DNA of 64,000 bases. It comes from Rickettsiales bacterium. GTDB lineage: Bacteria; Pseudomonadota; Alphaproteobacteria; Rickettsiales; SXRF01. Position numbers and translations under genes: made by a program. Below are positions 34,509 to 43,106 of the stretch, piece after piece. The notes below the pieces were generated by a model. It saw only the letters and a list, made by a program, of their open reading frames with translations. It searched no databases and was not told where the DNA came from. Numbering within the stretch: the first letter of the stretch is position 1; each line of letters starts with the position of its first letter. Location of the stretch: assembly GCA_964231325.1 (NCBI GenBank), contig CAXRIF010000002.1, forward strand, positions 5,908 to 69,907, given 5' to 3'.

Positions 34509-34715
34509 CTATTGAATTAACTTGAGGTTCACAGCAGACGTTTTACCGTTGCTATCTGCTAGCTCATATTCAATTTTCTGGTTCTCGTCCAACATGGAAA
34601 GACCCGCTGCTTCTAATGCAGAGATATGTACGAACACATCTTGTTCACCTTCATCAGGCTTAATAAAACCAAAACGTTTTGCGGGATTGAACCACTTAAC
34701 TACGCCAGTAGCCAT
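34509..34715 (-). CDS. Cold-shock protein
   Basis: GVVKWFN, FGFI, DVFVHISA. Confidence 0.97.
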   Translation of the reverse strand: MATGVVKWFNPAKRFGFIKPDEGEQDVFVHISALEAAGLSMLDENQKIEYELADSNGKTSAVNLKLIQ

Positions 34716-34843
34716 TGTATTACTCCATTAAATTAAAACATACTATGGCGCAGACTTACCACACCAGAGAAGAACGGTTTTAGCCGATTTCTGCGTGACT
34801 GGCAAGCGGGAAACACATCAAATATCACTAGGGATACATATAG

Positions 34844-34908
34844 TAAGTTTATTAGGCTGAGCCGGAAGCGCAGGAAACACAAGGAACCCGGCCAACATAA
34901 TGAATTTA
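34844..34908 (+). repeat. RPE-like element, copy E (internally deleted)
   Basis: Arms TAAGTTTATTAGGCTGAGCCGG / CCGGCCAACATAATGAATTTA; retains CCGGAAGCGCAG; overlaps NAD kinase stop. Confidence 0.7.
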
Positions 34909-35685
34909 ATACGTGAATTGCTCGTTGATGATGCGCTCTTCAAGGTTGTGCTCGGGGTCGAATAGCAGGGTGACGCCTGATTTACGTTGCTCACTGATAA
35001 TAACATCCGTAACCCCTTGAATTTCCGTGAAATCGGCTACAGCATTCACCGGACGTTTTTGGCCTTCCAGAATGGTGAAATTCACGCTGGCATCATGTGG
35101 CAGCAGCGCCCCGTGCCAACGGCGTGGTCGGAACGGCACCAGCGGGGTCAGCGCCATCACGTTGGCTCCCAGCGGAATAATCGGCCCGCCTGCCGAGAAG
35201 TTATAAGCCGTACTACCCGCAGGCGTAGATACCAGAATACCATCACAAGTCAGCTCGCTTAGGCGCACCACATGGTCGATCGACACCTTGATCTTGGCGG
35301 CTTGCCTGCCATGACGAAAGAGCGACACTTCGTTAAAAGCCAGTGCCTGCGTAGTTTTTCCGTTTGCGCGTTGGGCAAACATGTGCAGCGGATAAAGCGT
35401 AGATTGCCTGGCATCATTAATGCGTTCCATAATATTATCCAGATTGAGCTCATTCATCAAAAAGCCCACGGTGCCGCAGTTAATACCATAAAATGGCAGC
35501 TTCATTTTCATATGCTCGTGAAGCGTTTGCAGCATAAACCCATCGCCGCCGAGCACCACGATCGCCTCTGCGCTCATGCGACGTTTGGTGATTTCCACCA
35601 CATCATAACGTTTTTCGATTTCTTTGAGTGCGGCTTGTGCTTTCTCAGACTTGTCCGCGACCACTGCTATTTTAGTAAGTGCCAT
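34906..35685 (-). CDS. nadK: NAD kinase
   Basis: GGDG, NE, DGILVSTPAGSTAY. Confidence 0.96.
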   Translation of the reverse strand: MALTKIAVVADKSEKAQAALKEIEKRYDVVEITKRRMSAEAIVVLGGDGFMLQTLHEHMKMKLPFYGINCGTVGFLMNELNLDNIMERINDARQSTLYPLHMFAQRANGKTTQALAFNEVSLFRHGRQAAKIKVSIDHVVRLSELTCDGILVSTPAGSTAYNFSAGGPIIPLGANVMALTPLVPFRPRRWHGALLPHDASVNFTILEGQKRPVNAVADFTEIQGVTDVIISEQRKSGVTLLFDPEHNLEERIINEQFTY

Positions 35686-35757
35686 GAATATGCTGCGAAA
35701 AAGGTTAATTCGCTAACGAGTCTGGCAGAGTCCAAAGCGCGTGTAAATCAAATTCTA

Positions 35758-35813
35758 AATCTTGTTAGATTGAGTCAAATCCGAAGCTTTAGCCATCCAA
35801 TAAAACAAGATTA
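35758..35813 (+). repeat. RPE-like element, copy F (internally deleted)
   Basis: Arms AATCTTGTTAGATTG / CAATAAAACAAGATT; left part matches copy G (TTAGATTGAG..AAAT.CGAAGCT); abuts stop codon. Confidence 0.6.
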
Positions 35814-36950
35814 CTGAGCGATACGACGGACGAGTGCAATGATATAGGAGAGATTCTCCATCTCCGTACCTTCGGAATATTGCAAGATGCGCTCAACGAT
35901 GCGGTTCGCATAGCGCGTGCCACCTTTTTTCTCACCTTCCGCGTCTAGCTCACGCACAATCTTCAAAAGTAGCTTCACCGCCGGGAACATCGCTTCCGGC
36001 AAACCAGATTTATTATAAATCGCGCGGAAACCCAGCTCACCACGATCAGTGATCAGCTTACGCGCATTGCCTACAGGAATGTTCGACAAATGCGCCAGGC
36101 TGGTTTCAAAAAATGCAAAATCACCCTGACATAGCGAACTCAGAATAATAGATGGAGAAAGTTTGTCCGAGGCCTGCAGTTGCGCGATGAGCTTTTCAAT
36201 ATCCGCTTCTGATTTCGTATGCTTAATCAGATGCAGCGTTTCATTCTCACGTGTTTTTTCCACTTCTTGCTGAATACCGCTTGCAGGTTCTTTATATTTC
36301 TCTTTCAGCGTTTCAGCGAGAGAAGATGACACCACGCGGATCAGTTTTTCTACGGTGGCCACCGGCAAATAAGAGCGCTCAGTCACCGCTTTCATTAAGG
36401 TTTCGTCATCACCGTAATTTTCGATAATGCGGGTAAAACCACCTTCCGAAATAATGGCGCCAGAGTTATTCACCAGCACATTCACCACCTCGTCATTTCC
36501 CTTGGCAATCAGGTTGTCAGACACGCGATCCGACACAATACGACGGCGGGAAATCGCCAGATAGCGAGACACTTCATCTTTTGCATTAATGAGATCCACC
36601 AGGTCATCATCGGTCAACACTTCGGAGAACTGCAAAATAGGCAGCGCCACCTCTTCCACATCCTGCGCCATTTTCGCGACAATATCATGTGGAATCGTCG
36701 GACTATCTTTTACATATTGCGCAAGCGAACTGCGCACGGCTACTTCCGTATCACGCAGTAACAGGCGGAAAATTTGTTCGGCCACGAGTATCTCGCGTGA
36801 ACCCAGTTTAGTTTCGCCATTGTCGTTATATGCTCCGCCGATTTTATGCGTCATATCTACGCGCGCGCCGGAACCAGTGTCGGTCAACAACCGGGTTACA
36901 TCTTCAGGGGATAAAGTGAGTGCCTCACTATGCTGCTGGGGCTGGTGCAA
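35811..36950 (-). CDS. DUF2336-family protein
   Basis: IFRLLLRDTEVAVR, VALPILQFSEVLTDDDL, GFRAIYNKSGLP. Confidence 0.9.
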   Translation of the reverse strand: MHQPQQHSEALTLSPEDVTRLLTDTGSGARVDMTHKIGGAYNDNGETKLGSREILVAEQIFRLLLRDTEVAVRSSLAQYVKDSPTIPHDIVAKMAQDVEEVALPILQFSEVLTDDDLVDLINAKDEVSRYLAISRRRIVSDRVSDNLIAKGNDEVVNVLVNNSGAIISEGGFTRIIENYGDDETLMKAVTERSYLPVATVEKLIRVVSSSLAETLKEKYKEPASGIQQEVEKTRENETLHLIKHTKSEADIEKLIAQLQASDKLSPSIILSSLCQGDFAFFETSLAHLSNIPVGNARKLITDRGELGFRAIYNKSGLPEAMFPAVKLLLKIVRELDAEGEKKGGTRYANRIVERILQYSEGTEMENLSYIIALVRRIAQ

Positions 36951-38055
36951 TTTTGCCTCCGATAATTGATAGCAAGTAGCTCATATTTTCTACGTTGCGG
37001 TGGTGTCCTTCCTTGTAAATCCGTTCGATCACTTTTTTACGGAAGTCTTCCTGTTTGTTATAGCCAAAGTCTGTTTCTTCCATACTCAGATTCAAAAGAA
37101 TATGTACCGCATCGGCAAACCCTTCTGGCATGGAAGCGGATTTATAAATTGCCTGAAACCCGAGCACACCGCTATCCATCAGCAGAATACGTGCATTCAC
37201 ACGTGGCACACCGGCAAGCCTTGCGATCCCTGCTTCAAACACACTCAGGCTACCCACACACAATGCGCGGATCAGCAAGGAGTGTGTCAACCTGCCCCCC
37301 ATAAAGAGCTGGTCGACCAGGTCTTCCACATCTTCATCATTATTCGGATCAATTTGCCCATCGGCGGGAATAATGCCCAACATTTCCCATTCGCGCGTAT
37401 CGGCAGCCACTTTCTGAGCCTGCGGAATACTGAGCTTATATTTACGGCTCAGTTCATGCTGCATTTCGCCGGTTACCGCATCATAGAGTTTCTCGGCCAC
37501 CGTCAGCGGCAACCCACCACGATGCACCAGCGTTTCAATTAGCGTATGATTTTCGGAAATTTCGCCCCAGGCAGAAAGCAATCCTTTTTCAGATAGCGAT
37601 GCGGTTTTATTTTTGAATAACTCACCCAGCACAGAAACTTTTTTGGTTTCAATCAACTTGTCTGACACGCCCTCAGACACATTTTCACGGCGCGCAATCG
37701 CGCAAAGTTTCATCACCTCTTTGGTGCTGCCGATAATGGCAATCAAATCATCATCAGTAAGCACATGCGAATGCTCAAGCACGTGTGAGGCAACATCAGC
37801 CTCATCTTCAGCAAGTTTCGCAATAATATCATGGGGCACGCTATCACAATGGCTCAAATGCTCAGCCATGGTCTTACGTACCTGTTTTTCTACATCTTTA
37901 AGTAATAAACGAAAAATATCATCGGCAATACTGGACTCTGCCTCGGTAAAACTACCAGAACGATAATCGTTCGCCAGTTTTCCCGCAAGCATACCCCGGA
38001 CATCCCCTGAGGGGTCTTGTGTAAGTTTCTTAATATCCATTGTCGATATGTTCAT
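36928..38055 (-). CDS. DUF2336-family protein (tandem paralog)
   Basis: Aligns with neighbour (IFRLLLKD, VLTDDDL, GFQAIYKSA); ends in AA. Confidence 0.9.
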   Translation of the reverse strand: MNISTMDIKKLTQDPSGDVRGMLAGKLANDYRSGSFTEAESSIADDIFRLLLKDVEKQVRKTMAEHLSHCDSVPHDIIAKLAEDEADVASHVLEHSHVLTDDDLIAIIGSTKEVMKLCAIARRENVSEGVSDKLIETKKVSVLGELFKNKTASLSEKGLLSAWGEISENHTLIETLVHRGGLPLTVAEKLYDAVTGEMQHELSRKYKLSIPQAQKVAADTREWEMLGIIPADGQIDPNNDEDVEDLVDQLFMGGRLTHSLLIRALCVGSLSVFEAGIARLAGVPRVNARILLMDSGVLGFQAIYKSASMPEGFADAVHILLNLSMEETDFGYNKQEDFRKKVIERIYKEGHHRNVENMSYLLSIIGGKIAPAPAA

Positions 38056-38181
38056 AATTGGACATGCCTTAACTTACTTTCACATTTTAAAGTGCGCAAA
38101 ACCATAACAAAATCAACTCACTAATGCAATGTGAAAGGCACGTCACCTTTTCTCCTATAACCGAAATATAGCATAGAATAG

Positions 38182-38197
38182 GTTAACTTTTCATTAA
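38182..38197. promoter_or_regulatory. CtrA box upstream of the DUF2336 pair
   Basis: GTTAA-CTTTTCA-TTAA, exact TTAA-N7-TTAAC on the minus strand. Confidence 0.65.
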
Positions 38198-38293
38198 TCT
38201 TTATTAAAATATATTTATATTGCTATGAACTTACGAGTTATGCTTTATAAATGCCCGATCGAGTAAATTTTTTGCTATTTAGGGTATTGACAC

Positions 38294-38995
38294 ATGAATA
38301 AAATACATAAAAACGCAACCTCGGCGCTAGACGGACTCCTGTTTGATGGCATGACTATCATGTCAGGCGGGTTTGGACTTTGCGGCATTCCTGAACATTG
38401 TATCACTTCGATACGCGATGCAGGCGTAAAAGACCTAACCATCATCTCCAATAATTGCGGGGTAGATGAATTTGGCCTTGGCATTATGTTACAAACCAAA
38501 CAAATCAAAAAAATGATCTCCTCTTACGTGGGCGAGAACAAAACATTTGAGAAGCAATATCTGGGTGGCGAACTCGAGCTAGAGTTTAATCCGCAAGGCA
38601 CATTGGCGGAACGTATCCGCGCGGGCGGCTGTGGTATTCCTGCCTTTTATACTAAAACCGGCGTGGGCACCGTGGTGGCGGATGGTAAAGAGACGCGCGA
38701 GTTTGACGGTGAAACCTACGTCATGGAAACCGGCCTAAAAGCAGACCTCGCCATTGTAAAGGCATGGAAGGGTGATACGAAAGGCAATCTGGTATTCCGC
38801 AAAACAGCGCGCAATTTCAACCCAATGATGGCAATGGCTGGCAAGGTCACCGTAGCCGAAGTAGAAGAACTGGTAGAGCCGCATGAGCTGGATGCCGATG
38901 AGATTCACACACCGGGTATTTTTGTACAGCGTATTTTCAAGGGCGAAGCTTTCGAAAAACGCATCGAATTTACGACAACACGGGAGGTAGCGTAA
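38294..38995 (+). CDS. scoA: 3-oxoacid CoA-transferase subunit A
   Basis: [28 protein letters not shown]. Confidence 0.95.
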   Translation: MNKIHKNATSALDGLLFDGMTIMSGGFGLCGIPEHCITSIRDAGVKDLTIISNNCGVDEFGLGIMLQTKQIKKMISSYVGENKTFEKQYLGGELELEFNPQGTLAERIRAGGCGIPAFYTKTGVGTVVADGKETREFDGETYVMETGLKADLAIVKAWKGDTKGNLVFRKTARNFNPMMAMAGKVTVAEVEELVEPHELDADEIHTPGIFVQRIFKGEAFEKRIEFTTTREVA

Positions 38996-39645
38996 TGGCT
39001 TGGTCACGCGACGAAATGTGTATCCGCGCTGCGGCGGAACTGGAAGATGGTTTTTATGTGAATCTTGGTATTGGCATGCCTACCGTGGTTGCCAACCATA
39101 TTCCAAATAATATTAGCGTCACGCTGCAAAGTGAAAACGGCATGCTTGGTATGGGACCGTTCCCTACCAAAGATGAAGTCGATGCCGACCTTATCAACGC
39201 TGGCAAACAGACGATCACTGAGCTTCCCGACAGCAGCTACTTCGATAGCGCCACCTCATTTGGCATGATTCGCGGCGGCCATATTGACCTTTCTATCCTA
39301 GGCGCATTGCAGGTGTCCAAAGATGGTGATCTGGCTAACTGGATGGTACCTGGCAAGATGGTCAAAGGCATGGGCGGCGCCATGGATCTGGTCGCAGGGG
39401 TTAAAAAAGTAGTGATTCTGATGGATCATGTTGCCAAAGACGGCTCGGCCAAACTGGTAAACGAATGCACCTTGCCTTTAACTGGGCAACGCGTGGTTGA
39501 TATGATTATCACCGATCTTGGCGTGTTCACGGTTAGCGAGAAAGGGCTTGCGCTTATCGAGCTGGCACCGGGAGTAAGCGCCGATGAAGTAAAAGAGAAG
39601 ACCGAAGCTCCGTTTGATGTTCGTCTGGATCAAGCTGCTGCTTGA
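38995..39645 (+). CDS. scoB: 3-oxoacid CoA-transferase subunit B
   Basis: [21 protein letters not shown]. Confidence 0.95.
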   Translation: MAWSRDEMCIRAAAELEDGFYVNLGIGMPTVVANHIPNNISVTLQSENGMLGMGPFPTKDEVDADLINAGKQTITELPDSSYFDSATSFGMIRGGHIDLSILGALQVSKDGDLANWMVPGKMVKGMGGAMDLVAGVKKVVILMDHVAKDGSAKLVNECTLPLTGQRVVDMIITDLGVFTVSEKGLALIELAPGVSADEVKEKTEAPFDVRLDQAAA

Positions 39646-41051
39646 TGCATAAGAGGCATCTACTTTTTGCCATCATTCTCATCGAAGGTTATGTGGTATT
39701 GGCCAGCGAGTTGCTCGCCATTCGCCAGCTCATCCCCTTTGTTGGCAGCGGCGTAGAAACCGTTTCCATCATTATCAGTGCGGTGCTACTTCCGCTTGCC
39801 GTTGGCTATCATGCGGGCGGCCAGTCTTGCATACGGCACCGAAAATCTACAACGCATTTTTCCCCACGCCGCCTATTGCTGCGTAATCTTTTATGGGCAC
39901 TAATCATATTATCGCTGGGGTTATCCCATTACATTATTGATCAGCTATTCAGCTTCTTTATTCATATCGGCATTCGACATCATTTGCTTCAAACCGCTAT
40001 CTACTCTGGCATTTTTTTGGTGTACCCTGTTTTCTTATTGGGGCAGACCGTGCCATTGGTTAGCCATTATTTTGCCCGCCATCGGCTAAGTGAAATCACC
40101 GGGCTGATGTTGTTTTTTTCTACCACCGGTTCTTTTCTTGGCTCCATTTTTTCAACCATCGTGCTGATGTCATTCATCGGTGTATCTAACACGCTGATCA
40201 TCACTATGAGCTTGCTGGCGTTGCTCTGCCTGCTACTAGTGCGTCGCTGGTATAGCATCACCACCCTCACCTGCGCGGTTGTGATAGCAGGGTTGTTTTG
40301 GGCGAACACAAGTGAAGAAACGCGCAAAAAAAACATCGTCTCCGACAATGCCTATAGCCAGATACGTATCCTCACAGATGATGATAAAAAAACCTTCATC
40401 GTAAACCGCTCAAAATCCTCGCAACTAAACGAAGAAAATGAAGCCACATTCGAATACGTGTCTTACATCGACGAGGTTTTTATCCACCCGCTAAGTAAGA
40501 AACACCCTGCGCGCGACATCCTCATTTTAGGCGCTGGCGGGTTTACCATCGGACTACATGATCGTATGAACCGCTATACATTTGTCGATATTGACCCAGA
40601 TATCAAACGCACCGCAGAAACGCATTTCCTGCCAAATCCACTTGGAGAGAACAAACATTTCGTACCGATTTCTGCACGTGCTTTTTTGAAAGGAACCAAT
40701 AAACGTTATGATCTGATTATTCTGGATGCTTACACCAATATTGCATCCATCCCCGCGGAAATGATCTCGCGTGAATTTCTGCTCGATGTTAAAGCACGCT
40801 TAAAAAAACGCGGCACTATTATTGCCAACGCCATCGTTAGCCCCGATTTCAGCGATAAATTTTCTGCGCGTTATCACAACACATTCACCAGTGTATTTCC
40901 TCTATCCACGCGACAGGTAATGCAGCGTTTCAGTTGGGCACAACGAAGAAAACATAACGCTAACGTACTCTATATTTATCATGACTCACCCTTTGCTGGC
41001 GAACGCGGATACTATACGGATGATCTAAGCAGCTATTCGCTTGATCGTTAG
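39645..41051 (+). CDS. Membrane-fused spermidine-synthase-like methyltransferase
   Basis: Multiple N-terminal TMs; ILGAGG, VDIDP, DLIILDAY. Confidence 0.8.
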   Translation: MHKRHLLFAIILIEGYVVLASELLAIRQLIPFVGSGVETVSIIISAVLLPLAVGYHAGGQSCIRHRKSTTHFSPRRLLLRNLLWALIILSLGLSHYIIDQLFSFFIHIGIRHHLLQTAIYSGIFLVYPVFLLGQTVPLVSHYFARHRLSEITGLMLFFSTTGSFLGSIFSTIVLMSFIGVSNTLIITMSLLALLCLLLVRRWYSITTLTCAVVIAGLFWANTSEETRKKNIVSDNAYSQIRILTDDDKKTFIVNRSKSSQLNEENEATFEYVSYIDEVFIHPLSKKHPARDILILGAGGFTIGLHDRMNRYTFVDIDPDIKRTAETHFLPNPLGENKHFVPISARAFLKGTNKRYDLIILDAYTNIASIPAEMISREFLLDVKARLKKRGTIIANAIVSPDFSDKFSARYHNTFTSVFPLSTRQVMQRFSWAQRRKHNANVLYIYHDSPFAGERGYYTDDLSSYSLDR

Positions 41052-41056
41052 GAAAA

Positions 41057-41770
41057 TCAAAAGAGCTCTATCGAAAAGCCAATACCACTACCGATGAGCA
41101 AAGCGCCTGCAACTTGCAGAGCTACTCGGTGATAGAAATAATACACCAGTGTATTGCGACTCAACACAGCCACCGCTGTTTTGATCTTCGAAGTACGCCA
41201 ATCATCCCATATGATGTTTTTGGCATCTTTGGCAAGCTGCGCCATCATCCATGCCGTGCCGATAATGATACACAGCATCTCTGCGATATTATAATCCAGC
41301 GCCAATAGCTGTATGGCGATAAAGGTAACGTAGCTGCATACGATCAGCGTTTTTATATGCGCAGTTCTTTTGCTGCGGATCATTCTGCCAAACAGTGCAA
41401 ACAAAAAGCCTGTAGCACCATATTCAAACATCACACTGGTTGGCACCGCCATTATGACACTCACCACCATCAGCTCTGGAAGGCGATTATCAAGCCATCC
41501 GCGTTCTTCACATAGATTGAGAATAAAGCGACATATAATAAATGTTGCCAAAATATTCAGTGGAAAAATAGACGTCTGAATAAAGGGCGTAAGCAATGCG
41601 AGCAGCAATGCATATACCCATAGCTGCCTTGGTATATCGTGCGACTGTGAATAGCCAATCAGGAAGAACCACACAGGAAGCGTCACACGCCCTGCTACAC
41701 GAAATACAGCAATTTCAGGAAACAAATACGCGCCAATATGGTCGATAGTCATACCAATCACAGCAAACAA
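41057..41770 (-). CDS. TraX-family membrane protein (start uncertain)
   Basis: FDALKLFAVIGMTIDHIG, GRVTLPVWFFLIGY, LNILAT, FEYG motifs. Confidence 0.75.
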   Translation of the reverse strand: MFAVIGMTIDHIGAYLFPEIAVFRVAGRVTLPVWFFLIGYSQSHDIPRQLWVYALLLALLTPFIQTSIFPLNILATFIICRFILNLCEERGWLDNRLPELMVVSVIMAVPTSVMFEYGATGFLFALFGRMIRSKRTAHIKTLIVCSYVTFIAIQLLALDYNIAEMLCIIIGTAWMMAQLAKDAKNIIWDDWRTSKIKTAVAVLSRNTLVYYFYHRVALQVAGALLIGSGIGFSIELF

Positions 41771-41852
41771 TTTCAGCGCATCAAACGTGGTGTAGCTTGT
41801 GCCGTGCTTGTGTGTTTTATCAACTAATTTGGCAAAAATAATACACCCTTTG

Positions 41853-42323
41853 CTATGCGGCTATTTCAAAAATGCCATCTACCTCAACCGCCACACCAAA
41901 TGGCAGCTGGCTCACACCCACTGCGGCGCGCGAGTGATTCCCTGCTTCGCCGAATACCTCAACCATGAAGTCAGACACACCATTTGCTACTTTAGGTTGT
42001 TCAGTAAACTTGCCATCACAATTCACGAATACGCCAAGCTTGATACAGCGAGTCACACGATCCAGGTTGCCGTCACAAGCGAGCTTCAAATGCGAAAGCA
42101 TGTTAATACCACATTGGCGAGCCGCAGCTTGTGCTTCTTCCACCGTGCAGCCTTCTCCCACCTGACCGGTGGCCAGAGGCTTACCGTCTTTCATCGGCAA
42201 TTGACCAGAAATAAACACCTGATTGCCACTAATCACATAATTTACATAATTAGCCACAGGAGCGGCTGATGGTGGCAAATCAATATCCATACTGCTAAGT
42301 TTTTCTTCAATTTTGCTAGTCAT
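41853..42323 (-). CDS. RidA/YjgF-family protein
   Basis: PVANY, ISGQLP, NGVSD, HSRAAVG, VEVDGIF. Confidence 0.93.
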   Translation of the reverse strand: MTSKIEEKLSSMDIDLPPSAAPVANYVNYVISGNQVFISGQLPMKDGKPLATGQVGEGCTVEEAQAAARQCGINMLSHLKLACDGNLDRVTRCIKLGVFVNCDGKFTEQPKVANGVSDFMVEVFGEAGNHSRAAVGVSQLPFGVAVEVDGIFEIAA

Positions 42324-42528
42324 GTATTTTTCCTGTTATGAGAAAGTTATTCGATATAGCTACACCACAATATTATGCTGTACAGAACAGCGCAATATGG
42401 GGGCTAGCGCGCAAGCTGCAGGGACAATACACAACCATATGTTATTGTTCAATAATATTTATCGCACGCGTGATAAAATATTAACCATTTCACGTTATTC
42501 TAGGCTATCGTGGCAATAAAGTAGCCTC

Positions 42529-42562
42529 TTGTAAAAAAAATGTCACAAATCTGTGTTATAGT
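42529..42562 (+). promoter_or_regulatory. PHO-box-like repeat plus -10, upstream of virB2
   Basis: TTGTAAA-AAAA-ATGTCAC, 10 nt, TATAGT. Confidence 0.55.
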
Positions 42563-42568
42563 TACTGT

Positions 42569-42967
42569 ATGAATCATTTAGATAATCAAGAAAAAAACAG
42601 GATCATTATGCGTACTAAAGCCATAGCAACCACAGCCACGCACCGCTCGACCATGCGCGAGACCGCAGCCACGTTTTTGCTAGCCATCGCGATATATTGC
42701 GCGTTTTGTGCCGCTGCTTACGCCTGTACCGGCGGTGAAACGACCCCGATGGGTACTGTGCTTTGCACCGTAGTGGATTTCATTTATGGCAATATGGGAC
42801 GCGGTTTGGCAACACTGGCTATCGTCACATTAGGGGTGGGAGCATTGTTAGGCAAAACCTCCTGGGGAATGGCTATTACCGTTGGCGTTGGCATTTCGGT
42901 AATTTTCAATGCAGAAACCATTGCCTCTCTTCTCGTATGCGGTGGTGCACAATCACTTTGCGACTAA
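42569..42967 (+). CDS. virB2: VirB2/TrbC-type T4SS pilin
   Basis: Long leader; VLCTVV..IYGNMGRGLATLAIVTLGVGALLGK..W pilin core; start 42569 or 42608. Confidence 0.9.
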   Translation: MNHLDNQEKNRIIMRTKAIATTATHRSTMRETAATFLLAIAIYCAFCAAAYACTGGETTPMGTVLCTVVDFIYGNMGRGLATLAIVTLGVGALLGKTSWGMAITVGVGISVIFNAETIASLLVCGGAQSLCD

Positions 42968-42978
42968 ATACGCGCTCA

Positions 42979-43012
42979 CTGTCAAAAAACTGTCACATTT
43001 ATCTGCTATAAT
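42979..43012 (+). promoter_or_regulatory. PHO box plus -10, upstream of virB4
   Basis: CTGTCAA-AAAA-CTGTCAC (one mismatch to CTGTCAT-AAAA-CTGTCAC), 10 nt, TATAAT. Confidence 0.7.
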
Positions 43013-43106
43013 TTGAGGCGCGCTCCCCATCTCTTCGCCACGTGTTTATCCTTTGTTAAACAGGCATAAGTAGGATGTAGGCTCACAAAAATAATGTAGT
43101 AGGTTT

